Of a stretch of DNA of 64,000 bases, positions 27,034-36,286 are shown one piece after another. The position numbers and the translations under genes are program-made. Where the stretch lies: contig JAZUMF010000117.1 of assembly GCA_045603485.1 (NCBI GenBank), positions 24,575 through 88,574 of the forward strand, given 5' to 3'. Positions within the stretch are counted from its first letter, which is position 1; each line of letters opens with the position of its first letter. Origin of the DNA: Kiritimatiellia bacterium. GTDB taxonomy: Bacteria; Verrucomicrobiota; Kiritimatiellia; RFP12; JAAYLN01. The notes under the pieces are model-generated. The model worked only from the letters and a program-made list of their open reading frames with translations, was not told the origin of the DNA and made no database searches.

Positions 27034-29880
27034 ATGAATTGCATTATATTCCGCAAGTTGGTTGTTGCGTTGTCTTTTGTTGCGGCTTCTGCAATGGTTG
27101 TCACTGCGAAGCCAAAGGATCTGGTTTTGGCCCAGGATAATATGGCACGAGCTGTGATTGTCGTTCCCGATGAGCTTGATCACGGTATGAAGTTTGCCTC
27201 CAAGGAACTTGCCGATTATCTCAATAAGATGACGCAAGGTCGTTTTATGGTCAATGATGAAAAGGTGAGCGGTCTTGCTACTATCCGTCTAAAGTATGAT
27301 GACTTGGGTAATGACGAGGCTTTTTCAATCAAGGTCGGCAAAAAGGAGCTTACGATTATAGGTGGCGGACAACGCGGCCTGGTTTATGGCGTTTATGATT
27401 TGCTTGAGTATCTTGGCTGCGGCTTTTGGTCGATGGATAATGAAACGGTTCCCAAGTGTGATACGCTGACAATTCCGGTTGGCTATGAAAAGTCAGATGC
27501 CCCCAAGATTTCAATAAGGGCGTCGGATACTCCATTCGGGAGTTTTGAATACCATCTTAAAATTCGTGCCAACTGGTCCCGTATCAGCAATTCGGTTGAG
27601 GCTGAGCTGGAGAAGTTTGGTGGCTCAAAGAGCCTTGATATTATGCACTCGATGACGAGATGGTCGTGTATTCCGCACTCTGTTTACTTTGATAAGCATC
27701 CTGACTGGTTCGGTTTGATGAAGGTTAAGAATCCTATTTATTGGCCATATATTAAAAAGTGCGGTAAATACAATTGGGATAGTTATGTTCCCGAGAAGCT
27801 TCGCGGTGAATGGGTCCGCTGCAAGGCTGTTATATGTACAACAAATCCTGAGATGCGCAAGGAGCTTCTGAAGCGTATCGATAATTATCTTTCGAAGAAT
27901 TATCCGAGAATCAAGACTTTTTCGCTTTCTCCTGAAGATACTCTTGAGGTCTGTGAATGTGATAATTGCACAGCCGTAGTTGAATCTGATACAGCAAAGA
28001 CGCCAAGTGTATTGTATATAAATCTCTGCAATTTTGTAGCCGACCACTTTAAGGACAAGTATCCTGAGATGACCTTTAATCTTTTGTCATACGGCTCAAC
28101 TTTGTGGCCGCCGAATGATACCGAGCGGTTTAAGATGCGTCCCAACACAGGTGTTGCGGTTGCGATGCTTTGGCGTAATCATGGTTTACCTGTAAACTGT
28201 GCGGAGCGTTTTTATTCCAGATTTGAGAAATGGAGTAAAATCTGCAATAACTTCTATTATTGGGATTATTACACCTGCTTTACGGCCTATATGAATCCAT
28301 TCCCCAACCGTTTGATTCTTTCTGATGCCTATAGATTTTATTATGATAATGGCTTTAAGGGCGGCTTTGCTCAAATGTCTCGCAACCGCTTTACCCCATT
28401 TGTCGATATGCTATGGTGGGTTAAGGGACGAATCGCATGGGATCCTTATGCGGATGTCAATGCTTTGACGGACTTTTACATTAAAGGTGCATACGGAGCC
28501 GCAGCACCTCAGGTCAGGCGAATGCTTGAGATTATGGAGCACGCGCGAAACCGTGAGCGTTCTTTGTGGATGGGATGTTATGTGTCAGATACGACACCTC
28601 TTCTTACCGTTGATGATATTATGGAGATATATAAGCTCAGCAGGAGTATCGAAAATATTTTAAGTAAGGATCCCAATAGCGGCAGGCGTTTAGCCGGATG
28701 GCGCTTCGGTTGTATCGGCGATTATCTCTATGCTGTGCGCTATCCTGATATTGATGCCACAATAAAGAACAGAAAACTCAGAAAGATTGAGCCATGGCGT
28801 AATTACATCAGCCGTGTACATTCGCGTATTAATGATTGGCGAAATTCAAAGGAGATGATGGGTGAGGTTTGTCTTCTCAGTGAAAATGGCCTTAAATCAA
28901 TCTGGTCGCTTCTTGAAAATGTCTATACAGAGGAGTTTGAGCAGCTTAAAATCGTTCCAAACCAGCCGAATTCATTCTCTATTTCGGCGGATAAACTTAA
29001 TCCAAAAGCCAAATCAACGACTCTTGAGAAGGATTCAGACGGCACGCTTGTCTCAAAACTTAACTTTAAATGGGGAGCAGACGAGCCTAAGTATATGACG
29101 CCGGATTACAGCGAAACCGGCTTTAATGTGACCAATGAAATGGTCGGTACTTGGTATGTCTTTGCCGATGTTCGTGCAGGTGCAACGGTAAGCAATGACG
29201 AGGCGACTGCTTATTGCGGCATCTATTCACCTTGGTATATCGGCAACCGCATAGTTAAGAGCGGAACGATGGAGATTGCGTCACGCCGCATCGAGCGTTT
29301 GCCCGAAGATACCGGATTCAGGCTTGAATCCCTTGGCAAATGGAGGCTTACGCCAAATACCCGCATTTGGGTTATGCCCGGCATTATGCACCCGACTACA
29401 AATGTTGCGGTCAGGGGCTTCCATTTGTTGAAACCGGCTTTGCTCGAGAAGAATTATTATTCTCCGAATGTTTCCAAAACGGCAAAGTGGCCGGTTGTTA
29501 AGCGTGATCAGATAGACCGTTACGATTACTGGGTGCTGTCACCTGACGAGGGTACAAATACCATTTCAAAGGGCAAGTATATCCAGCGTTATTTTGGCAG
29601 AGCCGAAGGGAAAAAGCATATATTCGCCCGTGTGATAGTCAAGTCTAACGCATGGTTTGACAACCACGCGGCCCGTATTGAGTATGTTCGCAAAGGACAG
29701 GTTATTGCCTCTCGTCACATAACATCACAAAAGGGCGACAATGCGTGGCAGCTTGTTTCATTAGGTGAAGTTGATGTATTGGCAGGAGATATTGTGCGAG
29801 TGGTCCCAGATTCAAGTTATGTAACTGAGATTTCCTTACGCTCGTTTTATCTTGTGGATCCTAAATACTTTGCATACTAA
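27034..29880 (+). CDS. Secreted DUF4838-family protein (GH20/GH67-like N-terminal domain) with C-terminal extension
   Basis: Signal peptide; A..ELA.YL.KMT, RGLVYGVYDLLE.LG, HPDWF, CTTNP, CECDNC, LSYG, WDY. Confidence 0.8.
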   Translation: MNCIIFRKLVVALSFVAASAMVVTAKPKDLVLAQDNMARAVIVVPDELDHGMKFASKELADYLNKMTQGRFMVNDEKVSGLATIRLKYDDLGNDEAFSIKVGKKELTIIGGGQRGLVYGVYDLLEYLGCGFWSMDNETVPKCDTLTIPVGYEKSDAPKISIRASDTPFGSFEYHLKIRANWSRISNSVEAELEKFGGSKSLDIMHSMTRWSCIPHSVYFDKHPDWFGLMKVKNPIYWPYIKKCGKYNWDSYVPEKLRGEWVRCKAVICTTNPEMRKELLKRIDNYLSKNYPRIKTFSLSPEDTLEVCECDNCTAVVESDTAKTPSVLYINLCNFVADHFKDKYPEMTFNLLSYGSTLWPPNDTERFKMRPNTGVAVAMLWRNHGLPVNCAERFYSRFEKWSKICNNFYYWDYYTCFTAYMNPFPNRLILSDAYRFYYDNGFKGGFAQMSRNRFTPFVDMLWWVKGRIAWDPYADVNALTDFYIKGAYGAAAPQVRRMLEIMEHARNRERSLWMGCYVSDTTPLLTVDDIMEIYKLSRSIENILSKDPNSGRRLAGWRFGCIGDYLYAVRYPDIDATIKNRKLRKIEPWRNYISRVHSRINDWRNSKEMMGEVCLLSENGLKSIWSLLENVYTEEFEQLKIVPNQPNSFSISADKLNPKAKSTTLEKDSDGTLVSKLNFKWGADEPKYMTPDYSETGFNVTNEMVGTWYVFADVRAGATVSNDEATAYCGIYSPWYIGNRIVKSGTMEIASRRIERLPEDTGFRLESLGKWRLTPNTRIWVMPGIMHPTTNVAVRGFHLLKPALLEKNYYSPNVSKTAKWPVVKRDQIDRYDYWVLSPDEGTNTISKGKYIQRYFGRAEGKKHIFARVIVKSNAWFDNHAARIEYVRKGQVIASRHITSQKGDNAWQLVSLGEVDVLAGDIVRVVPDSSYVTEISLRSFYLVDPKYFAY

Positions 29881-29959
29881 ATGCCATAATGGCAATGCGA
29901 AGACTTAAGAATTTCCGTAGTTTTTAGCTTACGCTTACTGCGCATTAGACGAAAGTAGA

Positions 29960-30066
29960 GTTAGCGTTGAATCGCTAACGCGATTGAAGCATCGCTGGAG
30001 CACACACCCGAGGCTTTGCCTCGGTGGCGCATTCGGCGATGCTTCATCTTTACGGGTTTCGTGAAG
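29960..30066. other. Run of stable hairpins (REP/MITE-like element or structured ncRNA)
   Basis: GTTAGCG/CGCTAAC; TGAAGCATCGC...CCGAGGC-TTT-GCCTCGG...GCGATGCTTCA; CTTTACG/CGTGAAG. Confidence 0.6.
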
Positions 30067-30070
30067 TGGT

Positions 30071-30560
30071 AAGGCCTGTCCCCAGAAAAGTTAGTAAATA
30101 GGTAATAGGTAATAATGAATAATTTTTGTAGTTTTTAGGTTAAGTTTTTTGTGCCTTTTTCGAAGTACACAAAAGGAGAACTTTTGCAATTTAATGACGG
30201 ATAAGTTAAAAATTCTCCCGCAAAGAACGCAGAGATTTCGTGAGATTTTGTTCCGCACCGTAATCTCATTTTGGGTGTAGAAAAAAAATAGAATGTTTAT
30301 TATTTAGGATATTGCGAATGGGAAAGGACTGTCCCCTTATAAATGAATAGTGAATAGTGAATAGTGACGAATGATATTTCGTGTATTTGAAAATGAGATT
30401 ACGATGCAAAGCGAAATTTATTTGGTGTTTGATAAGTTGTAATTATGTTGATTTTTATGCTAAAGTAGAATCAAAAAGGCCAGTCCCCCAAAAAGTTATC
30501 AAGATTGTCTCCAAAACTTCGAGTCTCCTAAATGAAATGGCCTGTCCCCTTAACAAGTTA
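30071..30560 (+). repeat. Four dispersed copies of GGMCWGTCCCC (three followed by AAGTT), with heptamer tracts and an internal inverted repeat
   Basis: Copies at about 30071, 30322, 30473 and 30534; GGTAATA x2; GAATAGT x3; CGTAATCTCATTTT (30259-30272) / AAAATGAGATTACG (30390-30403). Confidence 0.75.
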
Positions 30561-30845
30561 TTTTTAACACAAAGGCGCAGATATACAAAGTTCCATTTCG
30601 TAATCCTGTTTAATCTTGTAAATCCTGTCAAAAAACTTTATCCGCAAATCATCACAGAGACGCTGTGATTTTGCAGTTTTGTACTTAGAGATTGTTCGGT
30701 GTGTTTTGCGGCTAAAGTTTGCAGGTATAAAAAGGCGGTTTGAGGAATGAATAAATAAGGATGAGTCTATTATATGGGGCGACCGAAATAGGGGTAGATG
30801 TTTTTTAATCAGGTATTTTTTGATATAATAACTAGACTTGTTTTT

Positions 30846-31637
30846 ATGGAAGATACCGGCGAAAAAGTACAAAATGGCGATTACAAGGTGGACCTTGGTG
30901 TATTCGAGGGCCCGCTTGATTTGCTTTTGTATTTGATTCATAGAGATGAGCTTGATATTTACGATATTCCGATTGAGCGTATCACAAGGCAATATATCGA
31001 ATATCTCGACGAGATGAAGAGGCTCGATATCAATGTCGCTGGTGAATTTCTAGTTATGGCCGCATCTTTAATGCTTATCAAGAGCAGAACTCTTCTTCCT
31101 GTTGAGCGTAGAAATGACGATGAGGAGGAAGAGGAGGAGGATCCCAGACTTGATTTGGTAAGGCAGCTTGTTGAGTACAAAAAATTTAAGGACGCTGCCG
31201 GTACTTTAATGGTTCGCGAGGCGGAACAGTCTGAATGTTATTTAGCGGGCGGTAATGTCGTTATCGGTGATAATGTCGAGGATAAGAATGATTTGCGACT
31301 TGCCGATATTTCAATTGTCGATTTGGTTAAGGCATTTCAGGAGATTTTGAAGAATCGCCCTGTCGCGCCTGTAAACCATTTGAAGCCGATTGTTTGGAGT
31401 GTTCCTGAAAAGATGGAGCTTATCGTTTCCAGCGCCAGGCGTGACGGAGCATTGAGATTTACCACTCTATTTAATGAGAATACTGAATCGGGTGAAATTA
31501 TTGTCACATTTCTTGCGATGCTTGAGTTGATTAAGCAGCATAAGATTTCTGCCCATCAGGAAGATGCTTTCACTGAAATCGTAATTGTTGCATTTGGAGA
31601 AGAGGGAACCGATGGAGACGCCACAAGTGGAATCTAA
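30846..31637 (+). CDS. scpA: Segregation and condensation protein A
   Basis: FEGPLDLLLYLI, EFLVMAA, IKSRTLLP, DPR..LV, TFLAMLEL. Confidence 0.96.
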   Translation: MEDTGEKVQNGDYKVDLGVFEGPLDLLLYLIHRDELDIYDIPIERITRQYIEYLDEMKRLDINVAGEFLVMAASLMLIKSRTLLPVERRNDDEEEEEEDPRLDLVRQLVEYKKFKDAAGTLMVREAEQSECYLAGGNVVIGDNVEDKNDLRLADISIVDLVKAFQEILKNRPVAPVNHLKPIVWSVPEKMELIVSSARRDGALRFTTLFNENTESGEIIVTFLAMLELIKQHKISAHQEDAFTEIVIVAFGEEGTDGDATSGI

Positions 31638-32283
31638 TGATGTCACAATAGATAACACGACTGAGGTTATGGCAAGCATTGCCGAGGCTTCAAGTCTTCG
31701 TCAGGTTGTCGGGGCTTTGGTCTTTTCCAGTTCCGCACCAATTTCAGCCGAGGCAATCAAGAATTCCATTCGCAATCAACCGATGGAGCCAGGCGAGTCA
31801 AATCCATTTGCCAAGATAACTGTCAAGGATGTCAAGGACGCCCTTGAAGAGATTGCCCTTGACCTTCATCGTTTGGGGCTTGGTATGGATCTGGTGGAGG
31901 TTGCAGACGGCTGGCGTTATCAAACTCAAGCTGGTTGCGGCAAGTGGGTGCGCACACTTTTGAAGGCTGATAAGCCTGCCCGTCTTTCTAAGTCAGCTTT
32001 AGAGACTCTTGCAATTATCGCATACCGTCAGCCGATTGCCCGTTCTGAAATAGAGGGTATCCGCGGTGTTGCCGTGGATCATGTAATCCGGGCATTGACC
32101 GAAATGCACTTGATCAGGATGACCGGGCGTAGCGACCTTCCCGGCAAGCCATTTCTTTATGGCACTACGCCACTCTTTCTTGAGCATTTCGGCCTTAAGA
32201 ATCTTGATGAACTTGAGGAGCTTGATCCGACGCTTCGTCGCCCCGACACGCAGCCTGTGCAGTCGGAGCTTCCGATTAAGTAG
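31612..32283 (+). CDS. scpB: Segregation and condensation protein B
   Basis: LSKSALETLAIIAYRQP, IEGIRGV, YGTT..FLEHFGL. Confidence 0.96.
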   Translation: METPQVESNDVTIDNTTEVMASIAEASSLRQVVGALVFSSSAPISAEAIKNSIRNQPMEPGESNPFAKITVKDVKDALEEIALDLHRLGLGMDLVEVADGWRYQTQAGCGKWVRTLLKADKPARLSKSALETLAIIAYRQPIARSEIEGIRGVAVDHVIRALTEMHLIRMTGRSDLPGKPFLYGTTPLFLEHFGLKNLDELEELDPTLRRPDTQPVQSELPIK

Positions 32284-32291
32284 CTTTGCCG

Positions 32292-33098
32292 CTACTTTTC
32301 TTCGCGTGGATCAATCTCAAAGTCGAGATTGTTGAAGAGATCGCGGGTCGCACGGAGCAGGGGCTTGTCTTTGTGACCTGCGACTGTGTAGCGCTGCACG
32401 CAAAGGACCATGCACGAGCCGAAAATCGGCGATAACGGACGCAATGCTCTGCCGTATTTTCCAAATAGAATATGGAAAGATGGGACGGGGAGTTCGCGGT
32501 TCATGCGAATGGTTGTCTTTACGGCGTCAGGAAGCTGGTCTTCTCTTTCAATGTTTTGGGCGACTTTGATAAAGTCGGCTCCGCGGGCTGCCATCGATTT
32601 GGTGCGCTTGAGAACGATTTCGCTATCGAAGTAGGGACCGAACTGGTGATATGAGCTCAAGACCTGGGCTCCCTCGGCATGAACTGCGGCGGCGAATGCT
32701 TTTTGTTTGGCAACTGCCGAGCGAAGGTCGGTATAGCCGCAATCGGGGTCTGCAAGTCCAAACTTCTTTCCGTAAATATCAGCTGGCATATCGACGCATG
32801 CGGCACCCGCAAGGACGGCCTCGAACTGGAAGTCCATAAGCTCTTCACTTGTCAGATTGCGGTCGTATCGGTAGTTTAATGACATTACGGGACGGTCTTG
32901 CGTCATATCAAAGATGCGCTTGAGAGATTCGCGGTTGCGGTATTGTTCTTGAAGTTTTTCGGTATGGAGCAGGAATCCGTCAGCACCGTCAAAGATGGCA
33001 TTACGAATAGTCGCCTGGAGCTCTGCCGGATTATCATCCGTAAGCGAGCAGACGAGTATGGGGCGCTTGCCCTGTTGCTTAAATAGTGGTCGTGACAT
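32292..33098 (-). CDS. Divergent type I 3-dehydroquinate dehydratase-like TIM-barrel protein
   Basis: GAD..L, SSYH, GADFIKVA (His and Schiff-base Lys positions), R...PIFGS. Confidence 0.65.
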   Translation of the reverse strand: MSRPLFKQQGKRPILVCSLTDDNPAELQATIRNAIFDGADGFLLHTEKLQEQYRNRESLKRIFDMTQDRPVMSLNYRYDRNLTSEELMDFQFEAVLAGAACVDMPADIYGKKFGLADPDCGYTDLRSAVAKQKAFAAAVHAEGAQVLSSYHQFGPYFDSEIVLKRTKSMAARGADFIKVAQNIEREDQLPDAVKTTIRMNRELPVPSFHILFGKYGRALRPLSPIFGSCMVLCVQRYTVAGHKDKPLLRATRDLFNNLDFEIDPREEK

Positions 33099-33119
33099 GG
33101 TTTGTCCTTTTTTGGGGAT

Positions 33120-33869
33120 TTAAGTGAGAAGATTTCCGCCATCGATAAAGAAATTGGAGCCATCGATAAAAGCTCCGTAATCGGAGGCTGTGTAAAGGAT
33201 GAAGTTTACAATTTCAATAGGGTCGGCAGCGCGGCCAAGCAAGGTGGGCATTTTGGACATCGCCTGACGGGTTAGCACCGGCCCTGGCGATACGCAATAA
33301 GCTCTTACACCATGGGCTGCACCAGCCTTGGCGAGACCTTTTACAAAGTTGAAGAGACCACTCTTGGCTGTTCCATACATCGAGCCTCCGCCATCACCAT
33401 CCATGCCGGTCACGGAGCCGAGGCAGACAATAACGCCGCTGCCTTGCTTTACCATTGCAGGCATACATGCGCGGGAGAAATAAATGGGGCCTTTGAGGTT
33501 GACATCCAAGCCCCAGTTGATTACCTCAACGGGTTGCTGGTAAAAAGGAACAGGGCTCTTGCAGCAGCGAGCCTCATTACCTCCCGCAAAACAGATAAGA
33601 AGGTCAATCTTGCCGTAATTCTCAAGTGCTGCAGCGGCGGCTTTTTCGGCATCGGAAAATTCGCGGACATCGGTTTGTACGGCAATTACATCGCCGCCCT
33701 CATCTTTGATTGCCTGAGCAGCCGCGTTGAGGGATTCAATGTTTATATCGCACATAACGACCTTGGCTCCCGCCTTTGCCAGTTCCTGCGATGCCAGCAA
33801 CCCCATTCCGGAGGCTGCGCCCGTTATGACGGCAACCTTGCCGTCATAGTTTAGTTCAAGTATTTTCAT
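33120..33869 (-). CDS. Short-chain dehydrogenase/reductase
   Basis: TGAASGMG, DVR, YGTAK, VSPG, IDGG. Start MKILEL after AAGGA. Confidence 0.93.
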   Translation of the reverse strand: MKILELNYDGKVAVITGAASGMGLLASQELAKAGAKVVMCDINIESLNAAAQAIKDEGGDVIAVQTDVREFSDAEKAAAAALENYGKIDLLICFAGGNEARCCKSPVPFYQQPVEVINWGLDVNLKGPIYFSRACMPAMVKQGSGVIVCLGSVTGMDGDGGGSMYGTAKSGLFNFVKGLAKAGAAHGVRAYCVSPGPVLTRQAMSKMPTLLGRAADPIEIVNFILYTASDYGAFIDGSNFFIDGGNLLT

Positions 33870-33882
33870 GGTGGTATCCTTA

Positions 33883-35376
33883 TTAAAGATGTTCTGTCGG
33901 TTTATGCTCTCCGCCGTCCTCGAGACATGAGATGGAAACATTTTTTAACTCAAGGCCATCAACATTGCGGGCGAGCATTCCCGTTAAACCGGCAACGGTG
34001 ACATTTTCAAGGACGACTCCGTCAATGTGCTGCTCGGGAAGTCCGCAAATGTAAATCGCCTTTCCGTAAAGGGTGCGAAGGTTAATGTTGCGCATTGTGA
34101 TTTTGCCGATGTACGGAGTTTGAAGTGTCACGGGCTCCGGTGTCATCGGATCGTAGTCTTCAATGCCGTAGAATTGGTCTATGTAGATAGCACCCCTGAA
34201 CCAGACCATTTCACGAATTTCAGGGTATTCGTTCAGGAGGTTGCAGTCTTCGTATGTGATGCGCTCGATATGTCCACCTCGAACTCTGCGGTTTTTGAGG
34301 CTTGCTATGCTGTAGGAATTGTGGTAGTTGCAGCCTTGAACATAAACATCATAGACGCCGCCAGCCGTTTCACTGCCCATTGCGACGCCAAAGCCATAGT
34401 AAAATTCACAGCTGCTTATCCAAATGCGTTCACTGGGAATGCCAACATCTCTCCCTTCGTCATTTTGTCCTGACTTGATTGCAATGCAATCATCCTGAGT
34501 TTCGACGCGGGAACTTAAAATCGCGACATCTTTACATGAGTCGATATCAATGCCGTCGCCGTTGTGAAGCCCGTAGAAATTACCGTCCTTGTCAACGCGG
34601 TTTATGAGCGATATGGAATTGATTGTCACATGGTCGCAGAAGACGGGGTGAAGACACCAAAATGCCGCTTCTCTGACGGTAACGCCTTGGAGCAGAAGGC
34701 GCGAAACATTGCGAAGGCAAATCGCGCTGCCGCGTTTTGCGACTGTGCTATGCTCCTCAGGAAGGAAGAGATTTTTGCCGTTGGCATCAATTGTCCCGTC
34801 TCCATAGATGCGAATGTCGTGATACTTGCCGTCCCCTGGAGGAGTGTTAAGAAGGCTTGCGTGGTTGAATTGCTCGCGTCCCTCATAGCGGTAGGTAAAT
34901 GGAGGATAGTCATCTGGGTTGGCACTGCCAAAGAGGATTGCACCTTTTTCAAGTTTAATAGAGGTGTTGGATTTAAGGAAGAGGGCGCCGGTAAGCCACT
35001 TGCCCTCAGGGAAGACAAGGGTGGCTTTTGCTTCAGCACATTCGTCGATAGCCTTTTGAATTGTGGCTGTATTAAGATGTTCACCATCGCCGACCGCACC
35101 AAAATCGGTGACGCAAACCTCTTTGAATTCTGCTGGAATAACGACGCGCCTGATGGTGCTCCGCTTAACAACATCACCATTATCGTTTAACGCTTCAACT
35201 CTAACATGATGAGTTGAGTCAGGGGAAAGGGTGCTTATGGTGGCATCAAGCTTATTTGTGGTAATCGTTACGGCTTCATCAATAAGCACATTGTATTTTG
35301 ATGCACCGAGTGCCTTTGTCCAATACATTGCAAAGCCATTGGGAAGCAAAGACTCTTCCAGAATCGTAATGGTCAT
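33883..35376 (-). CDS. GH28 polygalacturonase with N-terminal FN3-like domain
   Basis: FGAVGDG..NT..IQ.AID, TGALFLKS, NGDGID, QDDCIAIKSG, GSET.GG. Confidence 0.93.
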   Translation of the reverse strand: MTITILEESLLPNGFAMYWTKALGASKYNVLIDEAVTITTNKLDATISTLSPDSTHHVRVEALNDNGDVVKRSTIRRVVIPAEFKEVCVTDFGAVGDGEHLNTATIQKAIDECAEAKATLVFPEGKWLTGALFLKSNTSIKLEKGAILFGSANPDDYPPFTYRYEGREQFNHASLLNTPPGDGKYHDIRIYGDGTIDANGKNLFLPEEHSTVAKRGSAICLRNVSRLLLQGVTVREAAFWCLHPVFCDHVTINSISLINRVDKDGNFYGLHNGDGIDIDSCKDVAILSSRVETQDDCIAIKSGQNDEGRDVGIPSERIWISSCEFYYGFGVAMGSETAGGVYDVYVQGCNYHNSYSIASLKNRRVRGGHIERITYEDCNLLNEYPEIREMVWFRGAIYIDQFYGIEDYDPMTPEPVTLQTPYIGKITMRNINLRTLYGKAIYICGLPEQHIDGVVLENVTVAGLTGMLARNVDGLELKNVSISCLEDGGEHKPTEHL

Positions 35377-35486
35377 TTAATACTCCTAAAGGGTGTTGTT
35401 TTATTTAAGCGCCTCAGTCCTTCTATTATTATAACATTATTTTATGATTATTCGCCATAATCAACCAGAATTCAGGAAAGGGAATC

Positions 35487-35529
35487 TCGCACTTTACATC
35501 ACAGTTATCGTAACTTCTGATCGCGTTTT
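35487..35529 (-). repeat. Orphan copy of the pbpC 3' end (att-like direct repeat, copy A)
   Basis: 39/43 identical to 36280-36322. Encodes KTRSEVTITVM* versus KTPAEVTIVVM* in pbpC. Confidence 0.9.
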
Positions 35530-35532
35530 CCT

Positions 35533-36156
35533 TTACAATGCACCAGCGGCTTTCATTAAAAGATATTGCCGCTTCCATTCTCCGGATAGAACAGTGTTGT
35601 AAAAGTTGATGGATTCGGTGTCACCTCTTTTTATTGCATAACTTCTCATGCGTATAATTATATTACTGACAATCGGACTTTCATAATTCAACGGCAATTG
35701 CGATTCCATTGGCGTCCCGTATGGCCCCGATAAAAATTCGATTGATTCCCAATAATTTGTTCCGGGCACGGGAGCTGTTTCGCAAAAAGTTAAAAATCTG
35801 TCGATAAAATTGGTATAGTTATTGTATCCTGAATATCCTACTGCGCTCAGTGTCGTAAATCTGACCATTTCATTCGTCTGATAGGTATGCCAGTCAGACG
35901 CAATCGCTCCGTAATTATTTGAGACGACATTAACAATAAGCTTGAAGCGTTGCATTTCATCATCAAAAAGTTCGAATCGTATGCCACCCCCGCGCACACC
36001 AAAAAATCTTGATTTTGCAGGATGAGGACTTCCGTGGAGCCGAAATCCGTCATACAAATTTATGGTCTGATAATAAATATTTGATACTAACGCTGATTGA
36101 GCAAAAAAACTGCTGCCAATAACGCAACAACATACCAGCAAAATTACTTTTTTCAT
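35533..36156 (-). CDS. Hypothetical secreted protein (orphan)
   Basis: MKKVILL signal peptide after SD GAGGAG; no recognisable family; appears more AT-rich than its neighbours. Confidence 0.75.
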   Translation of the reverse strand: MKKVILLVCCCVIGSSFFAQSALVSNIYYQTINLYDGFRLHGSPHPAKSRFFGVRGGGIRFELFDDEMQRFKLIVNVVSNNYGAIASDWHTYQTNEMVRFTTLSAVGYSGYNNYTNFIDRFLTFCETAPVPGTNYWESIEFLSGPYGTPMESQLPLNYESPIVSNIIIRMRSYAIKRGDTESINFYNTVLSGEWKRQYLLMKAAGAL

Positions 36157-36286
36157 GTCACTCCTCATGTACATAATATCACAATTTTTAATGATAATGA
36201 AATAGTTTTGGATAAACTTTGCAACGCCGATTTCTATGATGTTTTGTTACATTGTTTTCTCAATTTTACTTTTGCACAGTCGCACT

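Noticed and set aside
30381-30992. ORFs 30381-30668 (+) and 30564-30992 (-)
   Set aside because: They run through repeat-rich AT-rich DNA or antisense to scpA, with no SD and no motifs.
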